From positions 501,261 to 565,260 of the forward strand of contig NW_003314312.1 of NCBI RefSeq assembly GCF_000143415.4: DNA of 64,000 bases. Direction: 5' to 3'. A program made the translations under genes and the position numbers. This document shows positions 50,601 to 61,834 of this stretch, in pieces. This DNA is from Selaginella moellendorffii. Lineage: Eukaryota > Plantae > Lycopodiophyta. The stretch's first letter is position 1, and each line of letters opens with the position of its first letter. Under the pieces are notes generated by a model. It made no database searches and was not told the DNA's origin. It was given only the letters and a program-made list of their open reading frames with translations.

Positions 50601-52723
50601 GAAGAGTGACAAAAAGACAGGAATGGAAGAAGTACCTTTAGTGATCCAGCGGGTGTTAAACCAATTCCAGGATACCATGCCGGAGGAGCTACCGGCGGGG
50701 CTACCCCCAGCACGACCGATAGAACATAAGATTGAGCTGGTCGAGGGTGCTGAGGCGGTGGTTCGTCCCCCTTATCGTTTGAACGAAAAAGAACTCAAGG
50801 AGCTCAAGTGCCAACTAGAGGAGTTGGTGGACAAAAGGTATGTTAGGTTGAGCAAGTCGCCATATGGGGCACCGGTGTTATTTGTGAAAAAGAAAGATGG
50901 GTCTATGCGCATGTGCATAGACTACCGGTTGCTCAACAAGTATACAAAGAAGAACAAGTACCCTTTGCCAAGGATTGAGGACCTATTCAATAGGTTGGGA
51001 AAGGAAAAATACTTCTCGAGGATTGACCTAAGGTCAGGATACTACCAGATTAGGGTAGCCGAGGAAGATGTCGAGAAGACAACCTGTCGAACAAGGTATG
51101 GGAGCTTTGAGTTTCTGGTGATGCCCTTTGGGCTGTGTAACGCACCGGCAACGTTTTCGGTGCTAATGAACCACATCTTTGTACCCTATTTAGATCACTT
51201 CGTGGTCGTCTATATCGACGACATCCTGATCTATAGCGAGATGCTAGAGGAGCATGCCGAACACTTGGCGAAGGTGTTTGAGAAACTAAGGGAACACAAA
51301 CTGTATGCTAAAGAGAGCAAATGTGACTTTGCTCAACATGAGGTAAAGTTTCTCGGGCATGTGGTGGGCCAGGACGGGCTCAAGGTGGACCCGAAGAAGG
51401 TTCAAGCGATCCAGGAATGGGAGCGACCATCGAATGTACACAAGTTGAGGGCATTCCTGGGGCTATGCAACTACTATCGAAAGTTTATCAGACACTATTC
51501 GAGAGTAGCCCTACCCTTAACGGACCAAACAGGAAAAGGGAAGATGGTGTGGACAGCGGAATGCGAGGCGGCATTCGTCCACCTTAAAGGGAAGTTGAGG
51601 AAGGCTCTCGTATTGGCATTACCAGACTTTGGTAAGGACTTTGAGGTAGAAACGGATGCTTCGGACTTTGCGTTGGGTGCAGGTTTGAAGCAAGACAACC
51701 ATCCGGTAGCATTCTTTTCGAAGAAGTTGGACAAGGCTCAACGGAAGTGGCCTGCCCACGAGAAGGAATTGTTTGCGGTGGTCAAGGCGCTCAAGGAGTG
51801 GTGACACTACCTTGGGAGACACTTCAAGGTTTACACGGACAATGTGGCAACGAAACACTTCTTGTCACAGCCCGACCTGAGAGGGAAACAAGGTCGGTGG
51901 GCCAATGCCTTGGCTGAGTTTGATTGCGAGATTCTGTACAAGCCTGGGAAGAGCAACATCGTGGCGGATGCGCTAAGTCGAAAAGCGAGCTTGAGGTTGG
52001 CAATATCCAGCGCAACAGCAACCTTCTGGGATGATGTGCGGACAGCATATGAGAACAATGGTCTAGCACAAGAAGTGTTGCTGAGGAATCTAGAGGCGCG
52101 GGAAGCTCACCAGAGAGGTGAGCTGCCAACGGAAGAGAAAACGGGCTATGCGGAACGCAACGGACTCATCTATTACAAGCAAACGAGGGTGTATGTTCCA
52201 GAAGGGGAACTAAGGAAGGTGGCCTTAGAAGAGTGTCATGGCGGACCTCTTGCGGGACATGGCGGAGTGCCCAAGACGATGGGCTTACTCAAGAGGAAGT
52301 ACCATTGGCCAGATATGGCTAAGGACGTCCAAGACTATGTAAAGACATGTCCAACATGTCAGCAGGTAAAAGCCGTGACTAAGGCTGGTGGGGGCTTGTT
52401 GCAAAGCATCCCAATTCCAGATCGTCCGTGGAAATGTCTTACGATGGACTTCATTACGGGACTCCCCCCAAGTGAGGGGTTTGATGCGATATTCGTGGTG
52501 GTGGACCGATTTTCGAAAATGGCACATTTCATACCCACCACAACAGAGGTGGATGCGGAAAGTGTGGCAAAGCTATTCTTCGAACAAGTGGTTCGAGTGC
52601 GGGGAAGACCGGAAGAGATCATCTCAGATCGAGATAAGATCTTCACCAGTAGGTTCTGGAGGACTCTCCTGGAACAGTATTGCACCAAGTTGAAATTCAG
52701 CACAGCCTATCACCCACAGACAG

Positions 52724-52769
52724 GTATGGGGTATTAAGTCAAGTTGTTGGCACTAACACTTCTTGACAG
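52724..52769 (+). other. Putative spliceosomal intron 1 in the integrase core (46 nt)
   Basis: AG|GTATGG...CACTAAC..TTCTTGACAG|AC. Removal restores HPQT-D-GQTERVN and the reading frame. Confidence 0.88.
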
Positions 52770-53187
52770 ACGGACAGACGGAAAGGGTGAATAGGCAGCT
52801 GGAGGATTATTTGTGATGCTATGTCTCGGGAGACCAGACCGATTGGGTAAGTCATTTGGGACTTGTGGAAATGTGTTATAACAACTCACCACATTCGAGT
52901 ATCGGGGTGAGTCCATGGGAAGTCATCAATGGGCGAGCTATTGAAGGTCCTGTGGAACTCGGCGTGGCTGAGTATCATGGAGAGTTGCCCGCAGTGGAGG
53001 CATTCACGGCGGAAAGACTCAGCATTTGGAATCTAGTGAGGGATTCCTTGGAACGGGCTCAACAAAGGCAAACCAAATACGCGAACCAGAAGCGTCGGGA
53101 TGTAGAGTTCCAAGCTGGGGAGAAGGTGTGGCTGAACACCAAGAACCTCAGACTACCAAGTGGGATCAGCCGAAAGTTGACCCAAAG

Positions 53188-53239
53188 GTAAAGATGCATG
53201 TATTCCTGTAAATGAATTGATCTTGAGTTCCTTAAGCAG
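53188..53239 (+). other. Putative spliceosomal intron 2 in integrase, just before the GPY/F motif (52 nt)
   Basis: AG|GTAAAG...TTCCTTAAGCAG|G. Removal restores KLTQ-R-FAGPY and the reading frame. Confidence 0.88.
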
Positions 53240-53709
53240 GTTCGCGGGGCCTTACGAGATTGAGGCACGAATCGGTAAAGTGGCTTACCGACTCTGACTT
53301 CCTCGAGAGATGGGGAAGATGCACCCAGTGTTCCACGTGAACTTACTCAAGCCGTACTTTGAGGATCCGCTTCGCAAGGACCAAGTGAGACCTTTACCTG
53401 AGGTTATCCAAGGGGAAGAGGAATACGAAGTCGAGGCCATCCTCAATGCGCGCAAGAGCAAGTGACAAGGACGCGAGGTGAGAGAGTTCCATGTGAAGTG
53501 GAAAGGATTTCCACACTGCGAAGCAACATGGGAACCGGAGGAGAACCTAGCGAACGCGCGAGATCTGGTGGAGGAATTTCTGCAAGGCAGAACTCTATGT
53601 ACTTATGCAAAGTTCAATTAAAAATATCAATTTGCAAAGTTGAGCAAGTGACATATGTTGGGACCCGAAGGCGCGCCGAAGGTAAGCTAATTAGCATGGG
53701 TTAGATAGG

Positions 53710-54005
53710 TCGACCAGGCGTAGAGCACTACGCCCGACTCCCCGCGGGGATGTCGAATCCGTAGACGTATTCTACGGAGGTTGGGTTCGAGTCTCAACCC
53801 CCTAGTAAAGCAAGGCTGGGTTCAAGTCCCGACCCCATACTAGGGCGTGGTGAGGTGAGGGGTATAGGGACACCTATATTCCGTTGTCATTGGCTCTTGG
53901 CCGGGGAGGCTAACTTAGGCACACCGCTAAGTGGGGGGATGCCCCCGGAGCCATGGTCAACAAGTCGTAGGATAAAACAAGACGTTCGATGTGGGCATCG
54001 AACTT
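53710..54005 (+). other. Highly structured 3' non-coding region of element D
   Basis: Back-to-back stems, including two 7-nt T-loops (TTCGAGT, TTCAAGT) and the palindrome TCCCCGCGGGGA. Confidence 0.65.
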
Positions 54006-55186
54006 CTTCTATGGGTGGTGGAGTTGTAAGGAACCAACTCGCCGAGGTGTCATAGGCTAAAGGAACCCCAAAAGCATGACCAAAATGACAAAGAGTTCAT
54101 TGGATGGGACCAAGTCGAAGATTGAGTCCAAGACCGACTCTAGGACCGAGTTCGAGATAGAGTCCGAAATCAAGTCCGAGACCGACTCGGGGACCGAGTT
54201 CGAGTCCGAGTTCGAGACCGAGTTCGAGACGGAGTCCGAGATCCGAAATTGCATCCGAGACCAAGTCCGAGGTCGAGTCCGAGGTCGGGTCCGAGATTGG
54301 GTCCGAGATCGAGTCCGAGATCGAGTCCGAGACTGAATCCGAAGTCGGATCCGAAATCAGGTCCGAGATAGAGCCAGAGACTAAGTCCAAATACTAATAC
54401 AGGTCAAGGGGTGAAAGCCCAAAGCGTGCGTCTCCCAGGGGGGGGGGGGGCTGCAGGGGGTTCCAAAAGTATAGTAGGGATAGTGAGGTCCAGGAACCAG
54501 TCTTGAAGGAACTCTCCAGTGGTGCTTCCAAACTAACTTGAGGTTGAGACTGGGGCCGAGGGGCCTTAGGTGGGAGTGAGCATGGGCTTGAGTGGTGCTG
54601 GAGGGGCCACCCAGGGAAGTGCTCAAGAGCAACTCCCACTCCCGAAAGGGAAACCGACTGCGGTGCTCCCGGCTCATGTGGAGTGGTGCCCCACTTGAGT
54701 ACCTTGTGGCTCATTGGTCCTCGCCCTCCCTAGGGGCTTGGGCCTTCCCTTCGGGATGGAAGTGGGGGGGTAGAGGTACCCATACCGGGCCGTTAGGCCA
54801 CGGTGTTTCGCCCCGACGTCCCGAAGCAAGTGTTGCACCCAAGACTTGGGATTTAGAGGGTCCCATGATCAAGTCTTATGGTACCAAGGGGTGTTAGGAA
54901 TCTGGAGGCTTGGTGTGCTTGGCTGCTTGTGCCTGCGGGGAGTGTAGCCGAACCTTAAGTCCAGTCTAACCCGGGGAGGGGGATTGGGAGAGATTTGGGA
55001 ATCCGTAGATGGATGGCTAACACTCCATTGCTCGTGCAGTGAGTAACTGAAACCAAGTAGGACCAAGTAGGAGCTGGTACCATAGGTGAGAACCTTGGCG
55101 AGGGAACTTAGCACAAGCCAAGGCAGAGTTGGTCGGATAGACAAGGTAAGCTGGCAAATTGGAAAGGAAAAATTTGTGGCTTACAA

Positions 55187-55915
55187 TGTAGCACACGTGA
55201 ATTTGGAGCTGAACTTCAAGCCCGTTACACTATGAACCTAAGGTCTGATACAATCCCACAAGCACCAACTCCCCGTATCTAACACTTGCACGCAAAATGG
55301 TGTCAAACGGTGTTTGGCATGATTTTAGCCTAACGTGAGGAGGAGGGTACTCCACCAACTAGAGCAGCGTGGAGCTTGACCTTAGACCCAAGCCAAATGC
55401 AAAACAAGGAGCAACACAGTCTAGCAGAAGCCAAACTAATATCTCAAGTGGTCGGACATGCATTCTAACCACTATCCCTACTATACATTTGAAATCCCCC
55501 ACAGGACCCCCCCCCCCCCCCCCCCTCCTTCCCCAGTTCCCCCGCTCCCCCGCTCCCCTGCCCTTCTTTCAGGAACACATGCTTTGGGCTTTCACCCCAA
55601 GCCTCCCTTAGTACCAAGAGTTAATCTTTGGGACAAGCTCAAAACTTACTAGATATGGAATGTTCTTAAATTGCGAATTTGGACATGGGGCAAACACTAT
55701 TGAATTCAGGACAATCTTTATATTCCATAGATATGTCAAATGAGAAAATCTAGACACTTTCCATAAATAACATTTGGGACCGAAACGAGACTAACAATGA
55801 TAGTGAGGGTGTTTGGCAAACATGATAAGCTATCATTTGATGATATTGAGAGACTAATCTCAATATGTAAAGGTTCTTACCAAGTGAGTGTAAGACAGAG
55901 AAAAAACGAATTAAA
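55187..55915 (-). mobile_element. Family B 5' LTR (truncated), host of the element D insertion
   Basis: TGTAGCACACGTG...; homologous to 24410 onward; contiguous with the PBS at 47622-47633 once D is removed. Confidence 0.85.
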
Positions 55916-55919
55916 AGGC

Positions 55920-56530
55920 AAGCAATGCAACTTTAAAGTAAGATGCTATATTGAGAAGTTAGCCTAGAGTGAGTGTAATTTCAGCATTTAAAATGCCTTT
56001 CACTACCTTCTTTTTATCCTTGTCATTTAGCTTTAGTATAGGATTTTCCTTTCACATTAGTGGTAAATTCATGTCAACCTGTAAAGTTGTGAGACTCTCT
56101 ATGTTAAAATCACTATTTTCCAAATTGACTTGTGGTTGCAAATCTTGGAGTTATTGAGTGATTTCTATGCTAATCTTTTTCTTTTGGTGCTATTAATAGT
56201 TGGGGATGATTTCTGCTTCATCATCACTCCCTTCATCTTGGCTTTCAAATTTAACCTTTCTTCGTTAGGCTCTAATTATGACATAGACGCTAAGTAGCTT
56301 TTCTATATTTGATCATTCTACCTCAATGTATCTAGTTATAAATTGCGTATCCTTGGGAGGCTTATCATTCTTACTTGATAATTCAACTTGATTGTATGGC
56401 CTAGGATAGTGAATAGGAGTCTTATCTTGATCATACTATTTTGACTTTTCATAATTTTTAAGTCTATTATAACTTCTAGACTGATCATATTCTCTAGGCC
56501 GATTATAGTATCTAAGCCTATTTTCCTCAT
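55920..56530 (-). mobile_element. Possible decayed gag-like fragment
   Basis: Charged low-complexity reading EENRLRYYNRPREYDQSRSY...KVKFESQDEGSDDE. Confidence 0.3.
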
Positions 56531-56609
56531 GGCTAAGTGGATAATCTAAAAAATTACCCTTAAGTGGAAAAGTGTAAAGTTTCCTCAACTTCACCGTAAG
56601 CTGCAAGTG

Positions 56610-56835
56610 CCATCCCCATGAAGTGAGTAGTGGGGATAATCCCAAGTCATAGGTAGAAAATGGTGCCATGCTTCTTGGCCAGTGCTTGGAGGGATTGGTG
56701 AGGCAGTCTTCCCAGGAAATGGAGGTGGCCAATTAGTGGTAGTCTGAAAGATGGGGATGGTGGTAACCACAACTGCTTAAAGAGGCCTCGAAGTACTGGG
56801 AGCAAGATCATGAGAAGCACGGTGACAAGCTCCAT
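56610..56835 (-). pseudogene. Cytochrome P450 (CYP71-clan-like) N-terminal fragment
   Basis: Membrane anchor, then LPPSPSFRLPLIGHLHFLGRLPHQSLQALAKKHGTIFYL*LG. Confidence 0.8.
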
Positions 56836-57189
56836 CAAATGGGAGCAAAGAAGGGAATTTGGAGGGAGGTTCCATGGTGGCAACTATAGTTGGGACTTCA
56901 AAAGGATCTGATCGCATTTTGGAAAGGCATTCTGGCAAACATGCAAGACAAACATTGACTTCCATATCACAGTTAGAGCATGGCATTTGCACAGCTTCCA
57001 AGGTAGGTGTCACGAAATATTATAGCAAAGATATACAAGATTCATGCATTTCATCATGCTAAAAGCTCGCTACTGACGATGCTACTTTGATATCAGTAAT
57101 AAGTCAGCAGCAGAAAAGTGGTGAGCCAAGAGATTGCCCGGAGGTATGGCCAGGACTTCCATTTGATTCGGGACGAAGAGCATTGGATG

Positions 57190-57465
57190 GTCGTGTGTAG
57201 AGTGGAGCAAGGGGTGGAGTTGAAATACTTGGAGACAGGACTCGTCCACCATATGGGAGCGTCCAAACAACGGTGTCCAGCTCCTCATGAACTTTGGTCG
57301 AGACGTGTGGATTATAATCTCTCTGAAGGTCCACTCGAAAAGAGTATCAGTCCCATGATCTGTAACACAAAACACTGGCGTCAATGCAAAAGCTCCAGCA
57401 TAAGGTCGGATCGAGCTTTAGCTCTGCACTTTCTGGAGACTGCTCAAGCAGACAGCTTTTAATAG
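57190..57465 (-). pseudogene. Cytochrome P450 I/J/K-helix fragment
   Basis: KAVCL, GTDT..FEW, NPHVSTKVHEELDTVV, GRSHMVDES and VFQLHP, with frameshifts. Confidence 0.65.
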
Positions 57466-57559
57466 CTGGTGGAATTGACCATCATGAGAAATTTTTGGAC
57501 CTTTCAAAGAGAGTTAAATTAAAGGTATCAGAAGGTATTTTCATTGTGGTCTGATTTTT

Positions 57560-57960
57560 TCTCTTGCCTATAAACGCAGCACCATTCATGCAGTAGCTAC
57601 AGCTCCAGTACTTCCCTGCTCATTGCACTCTTCTTTTTATGCATTACAACTCAAATGTTTTGATGATCAAGAAGTCCATATGGTGGCGTTGATCAGTAGT
57701 GTGACTTTTCTTAGAAATTTTTGTCTTTGGTTTATAATAGAAATAACCATATCACAAACCAAATAACAAAACTAGTGATAAAAAATTAAGCTATAGACTA
57801 TAAACGAAATTGTGAAATATCATTCATGCCTATCATACATTTTTTGTTGACTAAGCAGAGATGCCATGGTCGTTAGATGTCCTTGACACGAAGAGAACCC
57901 GTTCTATAAATTTTGAGTGTTGAATTTGGGTATATACGCTGATTCGAATCTTTTGGTCTT
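57560..57960 (+). pseudogene. Decayed copy of the subtilase 5' end
   Basis: Matches 32200-32360 (CTATAAA, TAGCTACAGC, GCACTCTTCTTTT.ATGCATT.CAACTCAA..GATGATC) and 32690-32930 (AGAGATGCC, AACCCGTTCTATAAA, GATTCGAATCTTT). Confidence 0.65.
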
Positions 57961-58744
57961 TTTCCCACCCATAATTTTAAATCCAGGTCAGACTTATGCG
58001 TCAATTGACCCTTGCTTATATACCTACATCAGTCATCGTTCTCCTAGCTATGACATCCTGGAAGATAGTTCCACTTATGAGGTAGGTACAGGAGTGGGGT
58101 AGAGATAACTCAAATGCTGGCTCTACACTGCTTTCTATCATCTCGCAAGTTCTTATGGAGATCAAGGAGGTGGAATTTTGAGCAGCGGCAGGGGGTCTGC
58201 CTAGATAAAAAATCTCAGTATTACTTCCAGCAGGCAACAGTTCCATTTGCAATGTATTTAATAAGTATAAGTATTAGTGCTGCTACTTGCTTTCCTGGAT
58301 GTCTGGGTGCGACCCTCCAATTAAATCTAAAACCTACAATGAGAAGATATCAGCTGAGATCCTGGCGTTTGCTACTCAAGTTGGAAATTCTATTCGCTCC
58401 TACGAATTTTCTCTTCAACTTCATGATCACAAGCCCAACAATTGACAACACTTGGACAGAAACAGAAGTCATCACCTTTGATGGCAAGTTGCAGACATTC
58501 TCAAGGTTGATTCCATTTTCCCATATTGTAAACTAACTCCAGAGCGTCACGCCTTTTTAGAGCACAAACCATGTCAGTTTTATTGTTAATAACAAAGCTT
58601 ACCAGACCGTCAATGTATATTGACTATTGGGACACCAACTTTCCACATGGCAGTGTCAATGGAGCTTAGCAAAGCATAAGGACCTGGCTATGCTTATAAG
58701 CCCAAAAATGGTTAACAAAGAGAGAAAAAAAGAAACAGAGAAAG

Positions 58745-59272
58745 ATGAAGCTATTCATGTGGGTGATGATAGTAGCCATAGCATTTCTCCTAGTTCATAG
58801 TTCTAGTCCCCCGAAGAGGCCACCTTCAATGCTTTTCTACTTCCACAGCACTGTCCTCAACGAAACCCATCCAGATGCCAACACCGCCCAGGTAGTCGCG
58901 GCCCCGCGTTCCAATCTCACTGTCCTGGGCTATGGAACCATGGTTGTTTTCGACGATCCGCTCACTATGGATTACTCCCCTGACTCCACACCTGTTGGAA
59001 GAGCACAAGGATTTTATGTCTACGACCAACTGACAAAAGAGTCGGTCAGTGCAATTTTTGTTTTCACGGCGCTCTTCAACCAGGAGGATGGCTTCAACGG
59101 GACTCTAAACTTCGTGGGCGCTGATCCTGTGTTGTCGCCGTACAGGGACATATCTGTTGTGGGTGGTACGGGTGACTTTGAGCTGGCAAGAGGAATCGCG
59201 AGGCTTTCGACTCAATCCATTTCTGGCGTTACCTTTGTTCTCAAAGTCGTGGTCACCTTGTTCTACTTTTGA
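58745..59272 (+). CDS. Dirigent protein
   Basis: Signal peptide, LFYFH, GTMVVFDDPLT, VGRAQGFY and ISVVGGTGDFELARG; intronless. Confidence 0.95.
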   Translation: MKLFMWVMIVAIAFLLVHSSSPPKRPPSMLFYFHSTVLNETHPDANTAQVVAAPRSNLTVLGYGTMVVFDDPLTMDYSPDSTPVGRAQGFYVYDQLTKESVSAIFVFTALFNQEDGFNGTLNFVGADPVLSPYRDISVVGGTGDFELARGIARLSTQSISGVTFVLKVVVTLFYF

Positions 59273-59520
59273 CATATAATAATATTATTGTCACTCGATC
59301 AGCCATCACTCACTACTAAAGTTGATATCATTATATTACCATTATTAAATAATTATTCTCAACGTTTACATATCTCAAATAATTTGTGAATTTGAAACTA
59401 TCTTTTCCCAATGAAATAAAGCTTGATTATTCAAAGTAAAAGATTCGAGATTCTCTTTTTGACCGTTTGACCCGAATATCTTGGGTATCTGGAGTTAGGG
59501 TTTTTCTGTGTTTTGGATCC

Positions 59521-60687
59521 ATGGCGGAGGAGCTGGTGCTCGACTCGGCGATCCGCGACTGGGTGCTGGTGCCGCTGTCGCTGGTGATGGTTCTCATCGG
59601 CGTGCTGCGCCACTTCGTCTCCAAGTGTATGTCCTCGCAGCCGGAGCCCGACGCCAAGGCTCTCAAAGAATCGTGAGTTTTTTTTTCTTTGTTTTGGCGA
59701 GCTTCTTCTTCTCATCTCGCTCTTGTAACTTTCTTCAAGGCAAATTGTTCTTCGCGCCAGGTACCTGAGAGCGGCTGCGAATTACATTCCTGCCAAGTCT
59801 TTCCGGATGAGAAAATCCTATTTCAACAACGAGGTAGGCGAGAAAAAGGAAAAATGCTACTTTTCTTTGCGGTCAAGAAGAAAGAACGCTGATGCTGTAT
59901 TTTCTCTTGTGCCAGGAAAATGGGCTGTTACATGTTCCAAAGGGCCAGGGCCAGAACGTCCAGGCTCAAATGCTTTCGGACCCAAACATGGCAATGGACA
60001 TGATGAAGAAGAACTTGTCCATGATCATTCCTCAGGTTTGGCGTTCCAAAATCTTGTCTCGGTCTCGACGTTTCTTTTCCAGACTTTAACCTTTGCGTGG
60101 GTGAACTTCTTCTTCTCCGGATTTGTCACCGGTAATACTTTATACCAGCCTTTCTTCTTTAAGTGCATCGTTTGCCTGCAGCCAAAATTCCTTTCCCGCT
60201 CACGCAAAGATTCCGAGGGATGTTGCAAAATGGAATCGACTTGAGCTCGGTGGATGTGAGCTATGTCAGCAGCCGTTCATGGTAAGCTGCTAGCAAGGTT
60301 AAGTTTCATGCTCGGTGTGTATCGACAGGTATTTCTTAAATCTTTTCGGGTTGAGAGGCCTCTTCAGCTTGATCCTCGGAGAAGACAATGGTGAGATTAC
60401 GTCTTCCGTGCTCGCATTCTAAGTCTTTTGGTCGTTTGGCTCGACTTGCAGCCACCGATGATACCCAGAAGCTGATGCAAACGCAAATGGCGATGCAAAT
60501 GGGCGGGTTTGGAGCCGATCCTGCAAAGGTGAGAAGCTTTCTAAGATTTCACAGGGAACGCTCAAACTTTTTCATGGAACAGGCCCTTGGAGCTGAGAAA
60601 GAAGGTCTCGACTTAGTCCAGCACGAGTGGCTTCTCCCCCAGATCGAGCAGCGAGCAGCAGCAGTGTTGAGCCAGATTCTCGCGTAG
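59521..60687 (+). CDS. EMC3: ER membrane protein complex subunit 3 (multi-exon)
   Basis: [85 protein letters not shown]. Confidence 0.95.
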
Positions 60688-60935
60688 CTCGCTCGATCAC
60701 AAAAAAAAAGAAAAAACAGAGAAGAGAAGAGACCATTTTCGAAGTAGGCTGCTCACGCAATACTTGCTCTCGACAACAACCAAAAACTTACAAGAAAAAA
60801 GAGAGAGAGAAACAAAGGATAAAAGGAATTTATTTTTAGCAAAGTTCTATCGCTCCATCTTCCAAGGTGTTATAAAAGGCGTGCCCAATGATTTGGAGCT
60901 GGAACCCAGATTTTTAGGGCAGAGGGGAGCGAGTG

Positions 60936-61834
60936 ATGGGGATGCTCAAGCTCATCCTCGCGGATGCCGCCATCTCCTTCTTGTGGGTGTTTTGCACGTC
61001 GTGCATCGGCGCCGCGACCGAGATTATCGCGTCGTGCGCGGGCGTGGAGGGCGATCGCAAGTTTTACATCGTCTTTGGCCTCATCGCGCTGCTCATCGTC
61101 GTCTTCTCGGCTCTGGCCCAGGCGATTGGAGGCGCGAGCTGGAATCCAACCGCGGTGCTCGCCTTCTCGGGCGTGGGAGTGGGCGATTCAATCTTCAATC
61201 TGGCGCTCCGGATCCCCGCGCAGGTACTGAGACCAGTTTTTTCCCTCTTTTTTTTTTCTTAGCGTTTGATAAGTTAGTGTTCTTCCCAAAGTTTTCTTTT
61301 TTTTTTCTTCTGGATGTAATGGATCGATCTCCTTTGTTGTTTGCTTCTAGGCTGTGGGATCTGCCGCTGGAGCTCTGGCGATTTTCGAGCTGATGCCGTC
61401 GAGTTTCAAAAGAACTCTAGGGGGCCCAAGCCTCAAGGTGGATTTGCGAACGGGGGCGATCGCCGAGGGGCTGCTCTCGTTCATAATGTCGTTCGTGGTT
61501 TTGTGGGCGGTGTTGCGAGGCCCCAGGAACGCTGCTCTCAAGTCAGGGATCATCATCTCCACCACCATCGCGCTCATCGTGCTGGGCTCGGGATACACTG
61601 GCCCAGCCATGAATCCTGCCAATGTAAGTCGAGAAGAATCCTCCTTTTTCTCCTCCTCGGTTTGATTTCTTTGATTTCTTCCAGGCGTTTGCGTGGGCGT
61701 ACGTGAACAAGAGCCACAACACCAACGAGCACTTGTATGTTTACTGGCTAACTCCATTGCTGGGCTCGCTGGCCGCGTCCATGGTTTTCAAGCGGATGTT
61801 CGCTCTCGGGCAAAACAAAGAGAAGACGGCCTAG
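60936..61834 (+). CDS. Aquaporin of the SIP subfamily (exons 60936-61223, 61351-61623, 61685-61834)
   Basis: GGASWNPT (NPT first box), GYTGPAMNPANAFAWAY, VYWLTP, and C-terminal KEKTA (KxKxx ER-retrieval type). Confidence 0.93.

Larger units (their letters stand above)
48850..53621 (+). pseudogene. gag-pol of element D (gag, CCHC knuckle, protease, RT, RNase H, integrase, chromodomain); one frame, two introns, six nonsense codons
   Basis: [14 protein letters not shown]; LIDTGAS; YIDD; TDAS; H..GH..C..C; TMDF..SDRD..TERVN; FAGPY; chromodomain YEVEAIL..VKWKGF..TWEPEENL at about 53424-53578. Stops at 48922, 49327, 51802, 52814, 53295 and 53463. Confidence 0.93.
47640..55185 (+). mobile_element. 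Full-length Ty3/Gypsy chromovirus, element D
   Basis: LTRs 47640-48790 and 54025-55185 (TGTAA...TTACA, about 97-98% identical); TSD ATGTA at 47635-47639 and 55186-55190; PBS TGGTATCGGAGC at 48794; PPT 54011-54024. Confidence 0.97.

Noticed and set aside
53586-53650. AT-rich stretch after the chromodomain as a possible third intron
   Set aside because: Weak donor and acceptor and no conserved motif to restore; cannot be judged without RNA data.
53779-53834. tRNA gene suggested by GGTTCGAGTC and GGTTCAAGTCC
   Set aside because: No cloverleaf with D and anticodon arms; kept only as T-arm-like hairpins.
58016-58536. ORFs of 140 and 78 aa upstream of the dirigent gene
   Set aside because: No recognisable motifs or consistent exon structure.
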